Below, one piece after another: positions 10,808 to 18,712 of a stretch of 64,000 bases of DNA. This DNA comes from Candidatus Magasanikiibacteriota bacterium (GTDB lineage Bacteria > Patescibacteriota > Patescibacteriia > Magasanikbacterales > GWA2-37-8). The notes under the pieces are model-generated. The model did no database searches, was not told where the DNA came from, and saw only the letters and a list, made by a program, of their open reading frames with translations. How positions within the stretch are numbered: position 1 is the first letter of the stretch; each line of letters opens with the position of its first letter. Both the position numbers and the translations under genes were made by a program. The DNA lies in contig JAPLWQ010000003.1 in the NCBI GenBank assembly GCA_026396515.1, positions 227,569 through 291,568 of the forward strand, read 5' to 3'.

Positions 10808-11392
10808 ATGAAGAGTATGGATGACTTGTTCACCAGAGAAATGAAAGGCAAAGCTCTGCACAGCACCGGTTCGTACAAAAGTGAAGATTTTTTTACCAAA
10901 GAAGTTCCTGAACCGCGCTGGGCTCTTGTTTCCAAGGAAGTTATCCCTGGCACACTCGACAAAAATTATTTTGAACAGACGAAAATAATTGTCAACTACC
11001 TATCAGAGGAAGTTTTTAAAGGACAAATCATGCCTGCAACATATCTCTCGGCTATTAATGAATTCGCCGACCAAAAAGATGACATTCAGGGGCTAATAAA
11101 TAGTTATGAATGGCATGTGGCTGCTGAAAAACTTGCCAACCTTCAAATAAACCAGCTTACCCGCCAAACCCCGGCTGAAGCCCTCTATGATATTCTCATC
11201 CATTTTCAAACTACCGGAAAATACCTATTGGAGAAAATGTACACTTGGACCACTCGCCGCAGTCCCGACGGTGATCTCCTCGGTGATCTCGTCGGTGTGG
11301 GTGTTACTGGCTCCGAGGGCGCGGACGTGTTCAGGTATGGGTCCGGCAGCGAAGGCGACTATCTCGGTGTTTCTTTCTCCCGCCGTGTCTAA
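10808..11392 (+). CDS. Hypothetical protein (start taken at ATG 10808, just after the upstream stop; ORF track extends it to 10676)
   Basis: ORF in a different frame from 10363..10797; first ATG downstream of that gene's stop. Confidence 0.4.
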   Translation: MKSMDDLFTREMKGKALHSTGSYKSEDFFTKEVPEPRWALVSKEVIPGTLDKNYFEQTKIIVNYLSEEVFKGQIMPATYLSAINEFADQKDDIQGLINSYEWHVAAEKLANLQINQLTRQTPAEALYDILIHFQTTGKYLLEKMYTWTTRRSPDGDLLGDLVGVGVTGSEGADVFRYGSGSEGDYLGVSFSRRV

Positions 11393-11456
11393 ATTTTGTA
11401 AAAATTTAAAAGAGAAATGTCGAGACAGCGGTAATCGTTTGCGTCAAAAATACGCT

Positions 11457-12530
11457 ATGAAAATAATTTTATCCGGCGGAGGAACGCTCGGGCCGGTAAC
11501 AACACTACTCGCCATTGCCGATGCTTACAAAAAACGCAATTCACAGTGCGAGTTTTTGTGGATAGGGACAAAAAGCGGCCCTGAAAAAAGAGTGGTTGAA
11601 ACCGCCGGTATAAAATTTTTTTCAATTAAATCCGGAAAATTGCGCAGGTATTTTTCCGTTATAAATATTTTTGACTTATTCAGAATATCAACTGCTTTTT
11701 TTGAATCTGTTATGATTTTAAAAAAAGAGAAACCGGATTTGCTTATTTCTGCCGGCGGATTTGTCAGTGTGCCTCTGCATTGGGCTGCCTGGTTTCTAAA
11801 AATTCCCACTTGGATTCATCAGCAGGATGTTATGCCCGGGCTGGCCAATAGATTAATGGCCAAGACCGCTACTAAAATCACTGTTGCGCTTGAAAAAAGC
11901 CGGCAATATTTTGACATCAAAAAAACCGAGTGGATTGGAAATCCGTGCCGTGAAATAGCGGCGGACATAAATAAATCAAGAGAATATTTTAATATTCGCG
12001 ATAATGAACCGGTCATTCTGGCGGTTGGCGGAGGAACGGGGGCGCAAAAATTGAATCAAATGGTGCTTGAAGCATTGCCGCAGCTGTCGGAGTCCTGGCA
12101 TATTATTCATATTGTCGGGCCGGAGCGTAGTGCCGATGGAGATGAAGATGCAACAAAAAAATACGCGAATTACAAGGTATTTCGCTTTTTGAATGAAGAA
12201 ATGATATACGCCTTGAACGCGGCGGATATTGTTTTTTCGCGCGCTGGTTTTGCCACTCTTACTGAACTGGCTTTTTTATCTAAAGCCGTAATTCTCATGC
12301 CGATTTCTGACACGCATCAGGAAAAAAACGCGGAACCGCTGGCAAAAGCCGGAGCCGTTTCGCTTATTGATGAGCGCACTGACGACGGCGCAGTACTGGC
12401 AAAAAAAATTAAAGAACTGGCGCAAGACCCGGTTAAGAGGGAAGCGATAGGCAAAGTTTTGCATAATTTCTTGCCCGTAGCAAAGCCGGACAAGATTTCT
12501 GAAATAATAGACATACTAATAAAAAAATAA
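11457..12530 (+). CDS. murG: UDP-GlcNAc:lipid I N-acetylglucosaminyltransferase MurG
   Basis: MKIILSGGGTLGP N-terminal glycine loop; C-terminal GGGTGAQKLN; GT28 fold; ORF-track start 11187 rejected because it overlaps the upstream gene. Confidence 0.8.
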   Translation: MKIILSGGGTLGPVTTLLAIADAYKKRNSQCEFLWIGTKSGPEKRVVETAGIKFFSIKSGKLRRYFSVINIFDLFRISTAFFESVMILKKEKPDLLISAGGFVSVPLHWAAWFLKIPTWIHQQDVMPGLANRLMAKTATKITVALEKSRQYFDIKKTEWIGNPCREIAADINKSREYFNIRDNEPVILAVGGGTGAQKLNQMVLEALPQLSESWHIIHIVGPERSADGDEDATKKYANYKVFRFLNEEMIYALNAADIVFSRAGFATLTELAFLSKAVILMPISDTHQEKNAEPLAKAGAVSLIDERTDDGAVLAKKIKELAQDPVKREAIGKVLHNFLPVAKPDKISEIIDILIKK

Positions 12531-12538
12531 TCCCGGCT

Positions 12539-13768
12539 TTATGCGGGGATTATTTTTATTTCATTAATTTGATTTTTCAGATTCGCGTTGGAACGGTATT
12601 TTGCCAAAATATATTCAGGAGAGTAGCCGATCCAATAGCCGTTTTTTTTCTGCTCAAACAAAACCGGTCTAATTTTTCCCTTAAGCTTAGACGCATACTT
12701 CCTGGCAACCACTCCGGACAATTTTATCAGACGCTTTACGCGTTCCGTTTTTGTTTTATCGTGCACTTGTGTCATCGCGCCGGCAGGCGTATTGGGACGC
12801 TTGGAGTAGGGGAATACGTGGACTTTTGAAAAGCCGATTACTTTTACATATGCCATTGTCTCGTCAAATTCCTTATCTGTCTCGCCCGGAAAACCGACGA
12901 TAATGTCAGTCGTAAACGAGAATAGCGGATATTGTTTGCGTAGTTTATTAACGATTTTCAGATAATGTCCGGTTGTGTATCCGCGATTCATTCGCTTTAG
13001 AATACTGTCCGAGCCTGACTGCAATGACAAGTGCCAGTGCGGCATCAGACGCGGGTTTTTGAACACTCCTATCAATTCCGCCGTAATTAACCGGGGATCA
13101 AGTGAACCGAGGCGGATACGCTTGATACTCGTATTCTTCAAGATATTCTTAAGCAGGCTGGTCAGGTTTGTTATTCCCGCACGGTATTGGCAGATGTTTA
13201 CTCCGGTTAAAGTAATCTCATTGATTCCCCGATTTTCCGCCTCAATGATTTTTCTAATCACTTCTTTCGCGGGTACGCTTTTTGATTTTCCGCGATAATG
13301 GGGGATTACGCAGTAAGTGCAGTTGAAATTACAGCCACCCTGTATCTTTATTAGTCCGCGCGTGCGGTCAGCCACAATTTTGTCATTGCGAGCTTCCGAA
13401 GAAAGCGAAGCAATCCCTTGGTTTACTGAATTCACATGGGATTGCTTCGTCGTTTCACTCCTCGCAATGACATAAATTTGTTTAATAATATCACCCGCAG
13501 TTTGCGCCACATAATCAATCTCCGGCAGATCACGATTTTCCAGGCAACCGCCTGCGATAACATACGCGCCTCGTTTTTTCGCTTGCCTTATCAGTCCGCG
13601 CGTTGTTTGACTGGCGTTCATCGTTACGGCGCAGGCGCGAATAATGGCTACGTCAGCGTGAGAAGAAATGGGAACAAAAAAATGGCCCAATTTTTTTAGC
13701 GCGTTTTTAATTTCATCTGATTCGGCCTGATTTAATTTGCAACCGAGGGTTATTATTGACAGTTTCAT
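12539..13768 (-). CDS. MiaB/MtaB-family radical-SAM tRNA methylthiotransferase
   Basis: N-terminal MTTase domain (ITLGCKLNQAESDE); radical-SAM CNFNCTYC; C-terminal TRAM-like domain; linker carries palindromic repeat copy A. Confidence 0.75.
   Translation of the reverse strand: MKLSIITLGCKLNQAESDEIKNALKKLGHFFVPISSHADVAIIRACAVTMNASQTTRGLIRQAKKRGAYVIAGGCLENRDLPEIDYVAQTAGDIIKQIYVIARSETTKQSHVNSVNQGIASLSSEARNDKIVADRTRGLIKIQGGCNFNCTYCVIPHYRGKSKSVPAKEVIRKIIEAENRGINEITLTGVNICQYRAGITNLTSLLKNILKNTSIKRIRLGSLDPRLITAELIGVFKNPRLMPHWHLSLQSGSDSILKRMNRGYTTGHYLKIVNKLRKQYPLFSFTTDIIVGFPGETDKEFDETMAYVKVIGFSKVHVFPYSKRPNTPAGAMTQVHDKTKTERVKRLIKLSGVVARKYASKLKGKIRPVLFEQKKNGYWIGYSPEYILAKYRSNANLKNQINEIKIIPA
13382..13471. 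repeat. Nested palindromic repeat, copy A (11-bp outer and 12-bp inner inverted repeats), in frame within the MtaB-like gene
   Basis: gtcattgcgag...ctcgcaatgac outer arms, cgaagcaatccc...gggattgcttcg inner arms; first 15 nt identical to copy B at 35465. Confidence 0.7.
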
Positions 13769-13770
13769 AT

Positions 13771-13907
13771 CCCGTAGAAGAATTTTGAATGTTGATTAAC
13801 TTTTAATATGACTAGCACTTCGCTGGTGATAGAGCCTGTCCCGTCTTAATAAATTATGCTATTGGATTTTGCCCAGTGGGCAAAATCGTTCAAAATTTCT
13901 CTACGGG
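13771..13907. repeat. MITE-like element: 19-bp imperfect terminal inverted repeats flanking ~100 bp, with CATAT on both flanks
   Basis: cccgtagaagaattttgaa (13771-13789) vs ttcaaaatttctctacggg (13889-13907), 17/19 complementary; internal 9-bp hairpin ttttgccca..tgggcaaaa. Confidence 0.45.
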
Positions 13908-13994
13908 ACATATTAGTCGGATTCTATCAATATTTTGAAAAAATTTCAAGAATAGAAATGCGGGCCGAAATTCGACCCGCATAAAAAAGAACGT

Positions 13995-15182
13995 TTACTT
14001 TCCGTTTCTAATCATAAGCAAGGCGGCTATGATTAAAGATGTGCCGGAAAGCAGCCAGGCAAAGGGGATGGAAACGCATTCGGCGACGATGCCGCTGACG
14101 ACGAGGCCGATGACGCCGCCGATGTGCTGTGACATCGCTTCAAACGAGATAAGTGTAGCCCGTTCGGCCGAAGGAATATTATCGTTGAGGTAGGCATCCC
14201 GCAGGGGCTTATACATACCTCTGGCCACTTCGTGTATAAGAAAAACCGAAATGGCCCATGGGAGCAGGTTCATCATTCCGGATAAGGCAATTCCCAAACC
14301 GATAATGATCTGCACGGTGCTGATAGCCGTCCTTTCATTTATAATCCGCTTCGATGCCGACCGGGCGATTGAATAGCCGATAATCATACTTATTGCAATG
14401 GCGGTATAGACATACGGCAGCCATTTTTTGTCGCCGGTCAGTCCGCTGAAAAGCAACTGCCAGTGCATGTTCGGCGCCTGAATCGCGCAGAACTGGAAGA
14501 GCGATGCAAATATCAGGAACCGGAAATTGGCGTTTGAGCGGGCGTGTTTCGCACTTCTTGCGATGGTATTTATGAATTCCCGCCAGTATTCTGCTATTGT
14601 TTTCTCGCTCCTCTCGAAGTAATCTTCGCGCATGCTGAAATACGCGAAGATACCGGTGAACGTGAATATGACTCCGCCGATCAGCCACGGCAGATTGATG
14701 TCTATGCCGAAGAGGTAACTGCCGACGAAGGCACCGATGATGCCGACGAGTGCGGCCAGCTGTTCCGCCCGGGCGAATATCGGCATGTACTGATTGCCAC
14801 CGCCGTAGTGTTTGAGAGAATCCACCAGCCACGCTTGAAACGCGCCACTGGCGCAGGTAAAGCCTACGGCGCCGATGATTTCGGCAATCATGAAACCGTA
14901 CAGCGTGGTTGATTGCGAATAGACAAACAGCGACAGACCGTGAATCAGACAGGAAAGCACATACGACCGCTTGCGTCCGAAGACATCGGCGATGGCACCG
15001 GTGGGGATTTCACACAGAAACAGAGCGATGAAGTAGGCGGCGTTCACCAGGTTGGCCTCAAACAGATTGAGGCCGTTGGCCTGGAGAAAGAGCATATAGC
15101 AGGTGAAGATGAATGAGATTGCAAACCTCTCCATCACCGAGAGCAGCAGATACAAGCGAATTGATTTGGTTATCATTTCCAT
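13995..15182 (-). CDS. MFS transporter
   Basis: 12 predicted TM helices; motif GRKRSYV between TM2 and TM3; start taken at MEMITK (15182) preceded by AAGGAG. Confidence 0.7.
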   Translation of the reverse strand: MEMITKSIRLYLLLSVMERFAISFIFTCYMLFLQANGLNLFEANLVNAAYFIALFLCEIPTGAIADVFGRKRSYVLSCLIHGLSLFVYSQSTTLYGFMIAEIIGAVGFTCASGAFQAWLVDSLKHYGGGNQYMPIFARAEQLAALVGIIGAFVGSYLFGIDINLPWLIGGVIFTFTGIFAYFSMREDYFERSEKTIAEYWREFINTIARSAKHARSNANFRFLIFASLFQFCAIQAPNMHWQLLFSGLTGDKKWLPYVYTAIAISMIIGYSIARSASKRIINERTAISTVQIIIGLGIALSGMMNLLPWAISVFLIHEVARGMYKPLRDAYLNDNIPSAERATLISFEAMSQHIGGVIGLVVSGIVAECVSIPFAWLLSGTSLIIAALLMIRNGK

Positions 15183-15425
15183 CTCCTTTGGTTGTGAATG
15201 AGCGCCTAGACAGGTTGGGCGCAAAAAAACGCCCCGGCTTATCTAGCCGAGGCGCTCTTTAAAATAGAGATGGTTTTATCTGAAAATATTATAAAAACCG
15301 CCATGGCTAAATAAACAATAAGAAACCCGAGAATCGGCAACAATGCCGAGTTTGGTCGGGTTCATATAGCCCTTAGTAAATTGGCGGTGATTTTGTTGCA
15401 TATATTAATTATATCGCATATATTT

Positions 15426-15656
15426 AGGCTACCATGGAATTTGGGTTTGGTCAAGGAGGGGGGCAAAGCCTTTAGGTTGCTCATAATTTGAGTCGGCGGG
15501 ATTCAGAATCGGCGCTTCGCGCCTCTCACGAAAACCTTCGGGTTTTCGTGAACTTTCCTCGGCAAGAGAAAACTCCCATTTTCTTCCTTTCCCGTTCGAA
15601 TCCCAACTTTGAAACACAAAATAAAAAAACCCACTAAAGTGGATTATTTTTATTTT
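15426..15656 (+). ncRNA. Candidate structured small RNA (unknown class); promoter-like ttgcat-17-tatatt upstream; ends at a bidirectional terminator
   Basis: GC-rich island; perfect 10-bp hairpin with UUCG tetraloop cacgaaaacc-ttcg-ggttttcgtg; ggcgc-ttc-gcgcc hairpin; no credible ORF. Confidence 0.3.
15630..15656. terminator. Bidirectional intrinsic terminator (ends the minus-strand tRNA-Lys and the plus-strand RNA candidate)
   Basis: ccactaaagtgg hairpin flanked by an A-run and a T-run. Confidence 0.55.
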
Positions 15657-15657
15657 G

Positions 15658-15730
<73 letters not shown>

Positions 15731-15751
15731 AATAGACATAACACTCCGAAA

Positions 15752-15780
15752 ATGATACAATATATTTGCAAAAAAATCAA
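15752..15780. promoter_or_regulatory. Back-to-back overlapping promoters: minus TTGATT-17-TATCAT for tRNA-Lys; plus extended -10 TGaTACAAT for the translin-like gene
   Basis: Hexamer and spacing matches to the sigma-70 consensus. Confidence 0.45.
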
Positions 15781-15795
15781 GAGGGGAAGCCAAAA

Positions 15796-16401
15796 ATGGT
15801 GGATAAATCATTATTATTTTTATTTATGTTGGATAAAAAGTATTTTTCAAACATACGGTCGGTATCGCTGAATTACGCGGAAAAAAGGCGTGAGATTATC
15901 AAAATATCAGGCGACGCCCAACAGCACGCTAAAAAGGCTATTTTCGCCCTTGTACGCGATGATATGAAGGCGGCCGATGATTTATTGTCTCAATCCAGGG
16001 CTCAGATAGCCGAAGCTGCTGAAATCATAAAATCTGACGAGCGCCTTTCAGGCGAGGGTTCCCACCGGGCGGCTCTTGAAGAATTTGTTGAGGCCGATTT
16101 AGTCAGACAGGCTCTGACCCAAAAATCAATCGGGAAGATAGCAAATCTTGAGCTGGAAGCAGACCAATATATTAGCGGTCTTTGCGATGTTCCGGGTGAA
16201 CTGTATCGTTATGCTATAAAATCAGCTACTGAAAAGAAGTTTGACCGTGTTACTGAATGTTATGAAATTGCCGAAGAAATAATTACCGAATTGGTGGATA
16301 TGGATTTAACCGGTTATAACCGCCAGAAATTTGATCAGGCAAAGCAGGCACTTCATAAATTGGAACAGGTCGTGTACGAAGTCAGTTTGAAACGCCTCTA
16401 A
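15796..16401 (+). CDS. Translin-family protein (bacterial homologue of Translin/TRAX)
   Basis: C-terminal half matches the translin signature (YISGL..GEL.R.A..S...KF.R......EEI..EL...DL.G....KFD......HKLEQVVYEVS, cf. human translin EDYLSGV...KNDSLRKRYDGLKYDVKKVEEVVYDLS); start set at MVDKS after a GAGGGGA ribosome-binding site. Confidence 0.5.
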   Translation: MVDKSLLFLFMLDKKYFSNIRSVSLNYAEKRREIIKISGDAQQHAKKAIFALVRDDMKAADDLLSQSRAQIAEAAEIIKSDERLSGEGSHRAALEEFVEADLVRQALTQKSIGKIANLELEADQYISGLCDVPGELYRYAIKSATEKKFDRVTECYEIAEEIITELVDMDLTGYNRQKFDQAKQALHKLEQVVYEVSLKRL

Positions 16402-16404
16402 ACT

Positions 16405-17700
16405 ATGAATGTTTTCCTGAGATTATACCATTGGAAACTCGCCTGGCTTGCATACTTGTGGTACGGAAGGCCGTCCAAAAAGCTGATTGTTGTCGGTGTG
16501 ACGGGCACAAAAGGAAAGTCCTCCGCCTGCCGTTTTATTGCTTCGGTTCTGGAAGCAGGTGGATATAAAGTTGGCATGCTCTCTACTGTTGAATTTCAAA
16601 TTGGCGATAAGCGCTGGCCTAATGATAAAAAGATGACCATGCTGGGACGTGGTCAAATTCAAAAAATGCTTCGGGGTATGGTTCGAGCCGGATGCCAGTA
16701 TGCCGTAGTGGAAACATCATCCGAAGGAATTCTGCAATACCGCCATATTGGTTTGAACTATGATGTCGCGGTATTCACAAATTTAGGCACCGAACACTCT
16801 GAACGTCATGGTGGATTTGAAAATTTGAGGCGGGACAAGGGAAAGATTTTCGCTGGGCTTAAAAAATATGGGAACAAAAAAATTGGGGAGAAAATTGTTG
16901 AAAAAATTATAATTGCGAACATAGATGATGCTAACGCTGAATATTTTTTACAATTTCCGGCTGATAGAAAAATTTCCTACGGAATAATCCTACCCAACGC
17001 CGATATACGCGGCCATATAGTTGAAAGTACTATCGCAAAGACTATTTTTACAGTTGATGGCAAAAAATATGAAGCGAATGTCCCCGCTGCCTTCAATGTG
17101 TATAACTCGCTCGCCGCAATGGCTGTCGCCAAGTCGCAAGGCGTAAGTGATGATAAAATTTATTCCGGCCTATCGTCGGTTCGCGGCATTCCGGGACGAA
17201 TGGAATTTATCGAGGAAGGCCAGCCGTACAAGGTGGTCGTTGATTATGCGCATGAACCGATGAGTTTAGCGGAATTGTTTTCAAGTTTACGACGTTTCGT
17301 CGGCAATAAACAAAAAATAATTTCTGTTATTGGTTCGGATGGCGGAGGACGAGATAAATTAAAAAGAGCGGAAATGGGCCGTATTGCCGGTGAGATGACG
17401 GATATGGTAATTATTGCAGACGTAAATTGTTTCGATGAAGACCCCATGGATATTGCGGAAATGATTGCTGTTGGAGCAAGAAATGCCGGCAAAAAAGATG
17501 GCACTGATATGCTTATTGAAATTGACAGAAAAATTGCCATTGAAAAAGCTTTGGAAATTGCTGAGCCGGGAGATGTGGTGGCAATTACAGCGAAAGGAAC
17601 GGAACCGTTTATCGCCGTTTCTGGCGGAAAAAAAATTCCATGGGATGATCGTACGGTCGCCCGGGAAGCAATAGAATATGTCGCTACGAAAAAAAATTAA
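16405..17700 (+). CDS. Mur ligase family protein (MurE/MurF-like, lacking the N-terminal domain)
   Basis: P-loop GVTGTKGKSS; central Mur-ligase domain; VDYAHEP motif; C-terminal domain. Confidence 0.7.
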   Translation: MNVFLRLYHWKLAWLAYLWYGRPSKKLIVVGVTGTKGKSSACRFIASVLEAGGYKVGMLSTVEFQIGDKRWPNDKKMTMLGRGQIQKMLRGMVRAGCQYAVVETSSEGILQYRHIGLNYDVAVFTNLGTEHSERHGGFENLRRDKGKIFAGLKKYGNKKIGEKIVEKIIIANIDDANAEYFLQFPADRKISYGIILPNADIRGHIVESTIAKTIFTVDGKKYEANVPAAFNVYNSLAAMAVAKSQGVSDDKIYSGLSSVRGIPGRMEFIEEGQPYKVVVDYAHEPMSLAELFSSLRRFVGNKQKIISVIGSDGGGRDKLKRAEMGRIAGEMTDMVIIADVNCFDEDPMDIAEMIAVGARNAGKKDGTDMLIEIDRKIAIEKALEIAEPGDVVAITAKGTEPFIAVSGGKKIPWDDRTVAREAIEYVATKKN

Positions 17701-18298
17701 TTTAGCCGAAGGTGAAGATATAGCGGAATCGATCCATTCGTCGCCGCTTTTTCATTTTTGGCATTTTTTTATCGGCATTTTCGTATTAGTATTGGGTGCT
17801 TTTTTCAGTTTTTGGCTTTTAGCCAGCGGTATTTTAGGCAGTATAGCGCTCACAGCCATTGGTTTTATCGGTGTAATTATCATTTTTAGAGCTTGGTCTT
17901 CCAGTAAAAAGAATTTTTGGGTAATTACTAACCGCCGCCTGATAGATGTGGAAAAGCATGGCCTGTTGGATGAATCAATTTCGGCCACGGCACTTGGAGA
18001 AATAAAAGATGTTTTTGTTCATAAAAAGGGTTTCGGTGCGCTTTTTTTCGACTATGGCGATATTACCGTTGATGTATTCAGTGATTCATACGCCCTGACC
18101 TTACACGGCGTACGTCAGCCTCAGCATTTTGCCGACCAATTAACAGTTATGTCCAGAACAGTAATGAGACGCAGGCAAATGGCCAGTAGTCAGCTGGCGA
18201 TAAATAATTTCTACAGGGTTTTGCCATCACTTGGATTAAATGAACTAATTGAAGTCAAAAACCGTATTGAAAATCAAGTCCAGAACCATGAAGAATGA
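17678..18298 (+). CDS. Membrane protein with bacterial PH domain (bPH_2/YdbT-like)
   Basis: Two N-terminal TM helices followed by ITNRRLIDVEKHG...GDITVD pattern. Confidence 0.5.
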   Translation: MSLRKKINLAEGEDIAESIHSSPLFHFWHFFIGIFVLVLGAFFSFWLLASGILGSIALTAIGFIGVIIIFRAWSSSKKNFWVITNRRLIDVEKHGLLDESISATALGEIKDVFVHKKGFGALFFDYGDITVDVFSDSYALTLHGVRQPQHFADQLTVMSRTVMRRRQMASSQLAINNFYRVLPSLGLNELIEVKNRIENQVQNHEE

Positions 18299-18306
18299 AA
18301 TAAATT

Positions 18307-18705
18307 ATGAGTCAAAATAGCAACGGCTGGTCACAATTTTTCTATTCAAAGATTTTTCTTTTCATAATTTTAGTTGGCATTTTTTTTGTCGGTTTCGCTT
18401 TTTTACGATCCTATTATCAGGATTATCAGGTGAAGCAGGAGATTGAACGGCTTAAGTCGGAAGCAGACACTCTGGAATCAAAAAAGATTGAAACTTTGGA
18501 GATTCTGAAATACGTGCAGTCTTCTGATTTTGCGGAGCAGAAAGCAAGGATGGAATTTAACATGAGCAAGCCGGGCGAGCAGGTAGCTATCGTAAAGAGC
18601 GGCGGCAGCGGTGAAATTGGCAATGGACAAGTGGATAATATAGTGGTAGAATCAAGCAACGTTTCAAATTTTATTAAATGGTGGAATTTTTTCACCGCAT
18701 ACTAA
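18307..18705 (+). CDS. FtsB/DivIC-like septum-formation initiator
   Basis: Single TM plus coiled coil (QEIERLKSEADTLESKKIETLE), ~130 aa. Confidence 0.5.
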   Translation: MSQNSNGWSQFFYSKIFLFIILVGIFFVGFAFLRSYYQDYQVKQEIERLKSEADTLESKKIETLEILKYVQSSDFAEQKARMEFNMSKPGEQVAIVKSGGSGEIGNGQVDNIVVESSNVSNFIKWWNFFTAY

Positions 18706-18712
18706 TTTTTAT

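Noticed and set aside
11187-11456. 5' extension of murG in the ORF track (447 aa)
   Set aside because: It overlaps the preceding gene by ~200 nt in another frame; the canonical MurG N-terminus MKIILSGGGTLGP begins at ATG 11457.
14335-14912. Long ORFs in alternative frames (165 aa and 122 aa) inside the MFS transporter gene
   Set aside because: They are entirely contained within a well-supported 12-TM MFS coding frame. The translations (Arg/His-rich, or acidic) look like out-of-frame read-through of GC-richer coding sequence.
15429-15617. 62-aa minus-strand ORF in the tRNA-Lys-adjacent island
   Set aside because: It lies past the tRNA-Lys terminator and has a junk-like sequence; the region is dominated by stable hairpins, including a UUCG tetraloop, consistent with RNA not protein.
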